DNA of 64,000 nucleotides from Syntrophales bacterium (GTDB lineage Bacteria; Desulfobacterota; Syntrophia; Syntrophales; UBA4778). The position numbers and the translations under genes were made by a program. This document shows, piece by piece, positions 60,177-64,000 of the stretch (positions are counted from its first letter, which is position 1; every line of letters starts with the position of its first letter). A model generated the notes under the pieces. It searched no databases, was not told the origin of the DNA, and saw only the letters and a program-made list of their open reading frames with translations. The stretch is from NCBI GenBank assembly GCA_963665615.2, contig CAXXQE010000007.1, forward strand, positions 1 through 64,000, read 5' to 3'.

Positions 60177-60560
60177 ATGGCTAAACTAACAATCGATGAT
60201 TTGAAAAAAATTAAGGAAAAAGTCCTGACGGAGATGTCCTTGAGGGAAGGGCAGCATACCGTGAAGGTCACTGTCCACATGGGGACTTGCGGGATTGCCT
60301 CGGGCGCCAAAGAGGTTCTGGATGCTCTGCTCAGCGAGATTCAGGAAAGCGGCAGGACCGATGTTGCGGTTACCACTTCTGGATGCATGGGACTATGCAG
60401 TCGGGAACCGCTGGTGACGGTTGAAATGATGGGACAGGATCCGATCAAGTACGAGTATATGAATCCGAACAAGATGCGCCAGGTCTATAAAAAGCACATT
60501 CTTGAAGGTGAGATCCAGACCCCGTTCGTTCTGGCCAAAGGCTCCGAAACCATAAAGTAG
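60177..60560 (+). CDS. Thioredoxin-like [2Fe-2S] ferredoxin (HydD/HndB-like)
   Basis: VHMGTCGIASGA, SGCMGLCSREP. Confidence 0.88.
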   Translation: MAKLTIDDLKKIKEKVLTEMSLREGQHTVKVTVHMGTCGIASGAKEVLDALLSEIQESGRTDVAVTTSGCMGLCSREPLVTVEMMGQDPIKYEYMNPNKMRQVYKKHILEGEIQTPFVLAKGSETIK

Positions 60561-60584
60561 ATTTGAAGGAGGATCACGATTCAC

Positions 60585-63500
60585 ATGAAAGTATTTCGTT
60601 CACACTTGCTGCTTTGCGGTGGTACGGGATGCCAGGCCTCAGGCAGCAGCGAGGTCAAAAAGGCGCTTCTCACCGAATTGGATAAAAATAAACTGACAGA
60701 AGAAATCAAAGTCGTCGAAACCGGCTGTAATGGCTTCTGCGCAATGGGCCCCATTCTGGTCGTTTATCCCGAAGGGGTGATTTACATGAACCTCAAGGCG
60801 GATGACATGGCCGAACTGGTTCAGGAACACCTTGTCAAGGGGCGTGTTGTCGAAAGGCTTCTCTACAAGGAGCCGACGACCGAGGCCATCATTCCGACCA
60901 TGCAGGACATTCCGTTCTTTGCGCTTCAGGAGCTGCGTGTGCTGAAAAACCGCGGTCTCATCGATCCGGAAAAGATCGAAGAGTATATTGCGCGTGACGG
61001 GTATGCCGGTATGGCCAAGGCTTTGACCGAAATGACGCCAGAACAGATCGTTAAAGAGGTTCTGGATTCCGGGCTTAGAGGGCGCGGCGGTGCAGGATTC
61101 CCCACGGGTCTCAAATGGCAGTTTGCCTCCAAGTCGGTCAGCGATGTCAAATACGTGCTGTGTAATGCCGACGAAGGCGACCCGGGGGCCTTCATGGACC
61201 GAAGCGTTTTGGAGGCCGACCCCCATGCCGTTTTGGAGGGCATGATCATCGCCGCCAAGGCGATCGGAGCGCATCACGGTTATATATACTGCCGCGCGGA
61301 ATATCCGCTGGCCATCCACCGTCTGAATGTCGCGATTGCGCAGGCGAAAGAAGCGGGTCTGCTCGGCAAGGATATCCTGGGAACGGGATTCGACTTTGAT
61401 CTCGAAATCTATCAAGGCGCAGGCGCATTCGTTTGCGGCGAGGAAACGGCCCTGATGACTTCTATCGAAGGCAAGCGCGGTATGCCGCGGCCCAGACCGC
61501 CTTTCCCGGCGGTATCGGGTCTGTGGAAAAAGCCGTCGGTTTTGAATAACGTCGAAACACTGGCCAACATCGGTCAGATCATTCTCAGGGGCGGCGCTTG
61601 GTACGCTGGTGTCGGCACGGAGCGGAGCAAGGGAACGAAGGTTTTCGCATTGACCGGCGATGTCAATAACGTCGGTCTTGTTGAAGTGCCGATGGGGACC
61701 ACCTTGGGGACCATTGTTTATGACATCGGCGGTGGTATCCCGAAGGGTAAGAAATTCAAGGCGGCGCAACTGGGTGGACCCTCCGGCGGTTGTATCCCCG
61801 TTCAGCATCTCAATGCCCCCATCGATTACGAAAAGGTGACAGAGCTGGGCGCCATCATGGGGTCCGGCGGTCTCATTGTCATGAACGAGGATATGTGTGC
61901 CGTCGATATGGCGAAGTTCTTCATGGACTTCTGCCAGGATGAGTCCTGCGGCAAGTGTACGCCCTGTCGAGAGGGAACGAAGCGGATGCTCGAAATCCTC
62001 GACAACATCAGTAAAGGCAAGGGCAAGGAAGGCGACATCGAGCTGCTTGAAGAGATGGCCGGCGTGATCAAGGACGCGGCCCTGTGCGGATTAGGACAAA
62101 CCGCGCCGAATCCCATCCTCAGTACGATTCGCTATTTCCGCGATGAGTATGAGGCCCATATCCGTGACAAGCGTTGTCCGGCGGCCGTTTGTTCGGACCT
62201 CTTCAAGTCGCCCTGTCAGAATACCTGTCCGATCGAGATGGATATCCCGTCGTACATCGCGCTGATTCGAGCCGAACGGTTTGAAGACGCATACAAGATC
62301 CTGCTTCAGACCAACCCGTTCCCGTCAGTCTGCGGTCGTGTCTGCGATCACAAGTGCCAATCCAAGTGCCGCCGCGGCAATATGGACGAATCGATTGCAA
62401 TCAAGTTCCTGAAGCGGTTCATCACGGATAACGCAGCAAGGCCTGTCGTCGGTCCGGCACCGCTAACGCGGAAGGAAACGATCGCGGTCGTCGGCGCAGG
62501 GCCTGCGGGCCTGACCGCTGCACGCGATCTGGCGCTCCGTGGCTACAAAGTGACCGTCTTCGAGGAACTGCCGGAGGCGGGCGGGATGTTACGCTGGGCC
62601 ATCCCGGCTTATCGTCTGCCGCGCAATATCCTGGCGCAGGAAATCGGCTATATTACCGCACTTGGCGTTGATATTAAGTTGAACACCCGCGTGGGCAAGG
62701 ACATTTCCTACGAGCAGCTCAAGAGCCAGTTTGACTATATCTACATGGCGCCCGGCGCCCACAAAAGCCAAAAGATGGACGTCGAGGGCGAGGAATTGCA
62801 GGGTGTTTACGGCAGCGTGGAGTTCCTGCGCGACTTCAATCGGAATGAAGACGCCTGGACCAAGGGCAAGAAATCCGTCGGCGCCCGTGTGGCTGTCATT
62901 GGAGGCGGCAACTCAGCGATTGATGCTGCTCGCGTGTCCATGAGACTTGGGGCGGACGTCACGATTCTGTATCGTCGTGAAAGGAAGGATATGCCTGCGG
63001 CGATCGAGGAGATTATTGCAGCTGAGGAAGAGGGGCTCAAGTTTGAGTTCCTCGTTGCTCCGGTCAAGATCGAAGGGAAGAGTGGCAAGGTGTCCGGCAT
63101 TGTCTGCGACCGGATGAAACTGGGCAATTTTGATAACAGCGGCCGTAAAAAACCAGTGACCATTTCGGGCTCCAGATTTACGTTGGATGTGGATTGCGTC
63201 ATTTCCGCAATCAGCCAGGTTCCGGATTTGTCCTTTGTACCGAAGGACAGCGGCGTCTCCGTCAATAAATGGAGCGCCTTCGATCTGGCCAGGGGCAGCA
63301 AGTCAAAAACGACTTCCGATAAGGTCTATGCCGGCGGTGATGCCGTGACCGGTCCAGCTACAGTAATCGAGGCGATAGCTGCCGGTCATCAGGCAGCTGA
63401 CGATATTGATGCGGCCATACGTGCGGCCAATGGCGAACCTGCTTACGTCCAGCCCGAATCCGAGAAGATCGACGTTCCGCTGATTCTTGACGAAGAGACC

Positions 63501-63641
63501 TTTGAGGCGCCTCAGTGCAAGATGCCTGAGCTCCACGGAACCGGACGCAAGACCGGGTTTACTGAGGTGGAACTGGGCTTCGGCAGAGAGGAGGCCATTA
63601 AAGAGGCCTGCCGGTGTCTGCGTTGTGATGCAGAACTGTAG
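60585..63641 (+). CDS. NuoF/HydB-like NADH/FMN subunit fused to a GltD/NfnB-like FAD oxidoreductase
   Basis: CGGTGC..GCNGFC, GLRGRGGAGFP, NADEGDPG, CGEETAL, CGKCTPCREG; then PCQNTCP, CGRVC...CQSKC, GAGPAG, GGGNSAIDAAR, YRR, GGD. Confidence 0.92.
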   Translation: MKVFRSHLLLCGGTGCQASGSSEVKKALLTELDKNKLTEEIKVVETGCNGFCAMGPILVVYPEGVIYMNLKADDMAELVQEHLVKGRVVERLLYKEPTTEAIIPTMQDIPFFALQELRVLKNRGLIDPEKIEEYIARDGYAGMAKALTEMTPEQIVKEVLDSGLRGRGGAGFPTGLKWQFASKSVSDVKYVLCNADEGDPGAFMDRSVLEADPHAVLEGMIIAAKAIGAHHGYIYCRAEYPLAIHRLNVAIAQAKEAGLLGKDILGTGFDFDLEIYQGAGAFVCGEETALMTSIEGKRGMPRPRPPFPAVSGLWKKPSVLNNVETLANIGQIILRGGAWYAGVGTERSKGTKVFALTGDVNNVGLVEVPMGTTLGTIVYDIGGGIPKGKKFKAAQLGGPSGGCIPVQHLNAPIDYEKVTELGAIMGSGGLIVMNEDMCAVDMAKFFMDFCQDESCGKCTPCREGTKRMLEILDNISKGKGKEGDIELLEEMAGVIKDAALCGLGQTAPNPILSTIRYFRDEYEAHIRDKRCPAAVCSDLFKSPCQNTCPIEMDIPSYIALIRAERFEDAYKILLQTNPFPSVCGRVCDHKCQSKCRRGNMDESIAIKFLKRFITDNAARPVVGPAPLTRKETIAVVGAGPAGLTAARDLALRGYKVTVFEELPEAGGMLRWAIPAYRLPRNILAQEIGYITALGVDIKLNTRVGKDISYEQLKSQFDYIYMAPGAHKSQKMDVEGEELQGVYGSVEFLRDFNRNEDAWTKGKKSVGARVAVIGGGNSAIDAARVSMRLGADVTILYRRERKDMPAAIEEIIAAEEEGLKFEFLVAPVKIEGKSGKVSGIVCDRMKLGNFDNSGRKKPVTISGSRFTLDVDCVISAISQVPDLSFVPKDSGVSVNKWSAFDLARGSKSKTTSDKVYAGGDAVTGPATVIEAIAAGHQAADDIDAAIRAANGEPAYVQPESEKIDVPLILDEETFEAPQCKMPELHGTGRKTGFTEVELGFGREEAIKEACRCLRCDAEL

Positions 63642-63682
63642 TAGGACCATCCACGTTATTTGAAGTATGATGTTCATCTGAC

Positions 63683-63721
63683 CAGGGGTGTTGTGAGGCG
63701 GCCTGCCTTGCAACACCCCTG
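63683..63721. terminator. Stem-loop after the oxidoreductase operon
   Basis: CAGGGGTGTTG...CAACACCCCTG; no clear U-tract. Confidence 0.5.
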
Positions 63722-63876
63722 ATGTTATCGGCGGGATGCAGCACACCTTTTGGCTTCTTGCCATGTACACGCGATGTTATTTGAATCCGGCCGCAAGCGC
63801 ATTCCCGGGCGCTTGCCCCGGGGAATCTCCGATGTGTCCGATTCGATCTATGAGATCTTTTAACCAACCGTCTGAT

Positions 63877-64000
63877 ATGAAGCGTCTATTTGTTCAGATC
63901 TCGGTGATTATTGTGGCGATGGGCGTCTTGTCGGGCTGCTACGTCTCAAAGATTCCCGCGCCGGCACGCCTGCCGAATGTCGAGGAAGCCTATCTGTCGT
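63877..64000 (+). CDS. Lipoprotein, partial
   Basis: MKRLFVQISVIIVAMGVLSG-C lipobox; runs off the window end. Confidence 0.6.
   Translation, partial: MKRLFVQISVIIVAMGVLSGCYVSKIPAPARLPNVEEAYLS

Noticed and set aside
19734..63301. Long antisense or overlapping ORFs (e.g. 19734-20519, 21142-22194, 48439-49257, 49248-50267, 60639-61808)
   Set aside because: Shadow frames of well-supported GC-rich genes, with no motifs of their own

Overview
Chromosomal window from an anaerobic Gram-negative bacterium, probably Desulfobacterota (Syntrophales-like); this is inferred from gene content only. 0-4 kb: lexA with a GAAC-N4-GTTC operator, a Zn-dependent alcohol dehydrogenase, and a hairpin-dense intergenic region. 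4.9-17 kb: a stand-alone distal flagellar module of very Ser/Thr-rich proteins (flgD-flgE-flgK-flgL-flaF, two TPR glycosyltransferases including an O-GlcNAc-transferase-like one, convergent flagellin-flbT). 17-35 kb: a sigma54/enhancer-controlled PEP-CTERM gene plus housekeeping and accessory genes. 35.3-46.4 kb: an 11,080-bp element integrated in tRNA-Arg(CCT) (integrase, AlpA/Xis-like protein, primase-helicase). Its cargo is a tandem array of four PEP-CTERM genes whose variable domains are separated by a near-identical 211-bp repeat (sorting tail + spacer + next signal peptide), driven by the same sigma54/enhancer motif as the chromosomal PEP-CTERM gene; this is the most striking system here. 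46.5-64 kb: ftcD, a phosphatase, ftsY, smc, two-component genes and a DRTGG/PHP/HATPase-NuoE-ferredoxin-NuoF::GltD operon with no hydrogenase catalytic subunit. Three genes in the first 13 kb each carry one extra base in a G run, probably sequencing errors. All calls come from reading the sequence; no database searches were run.
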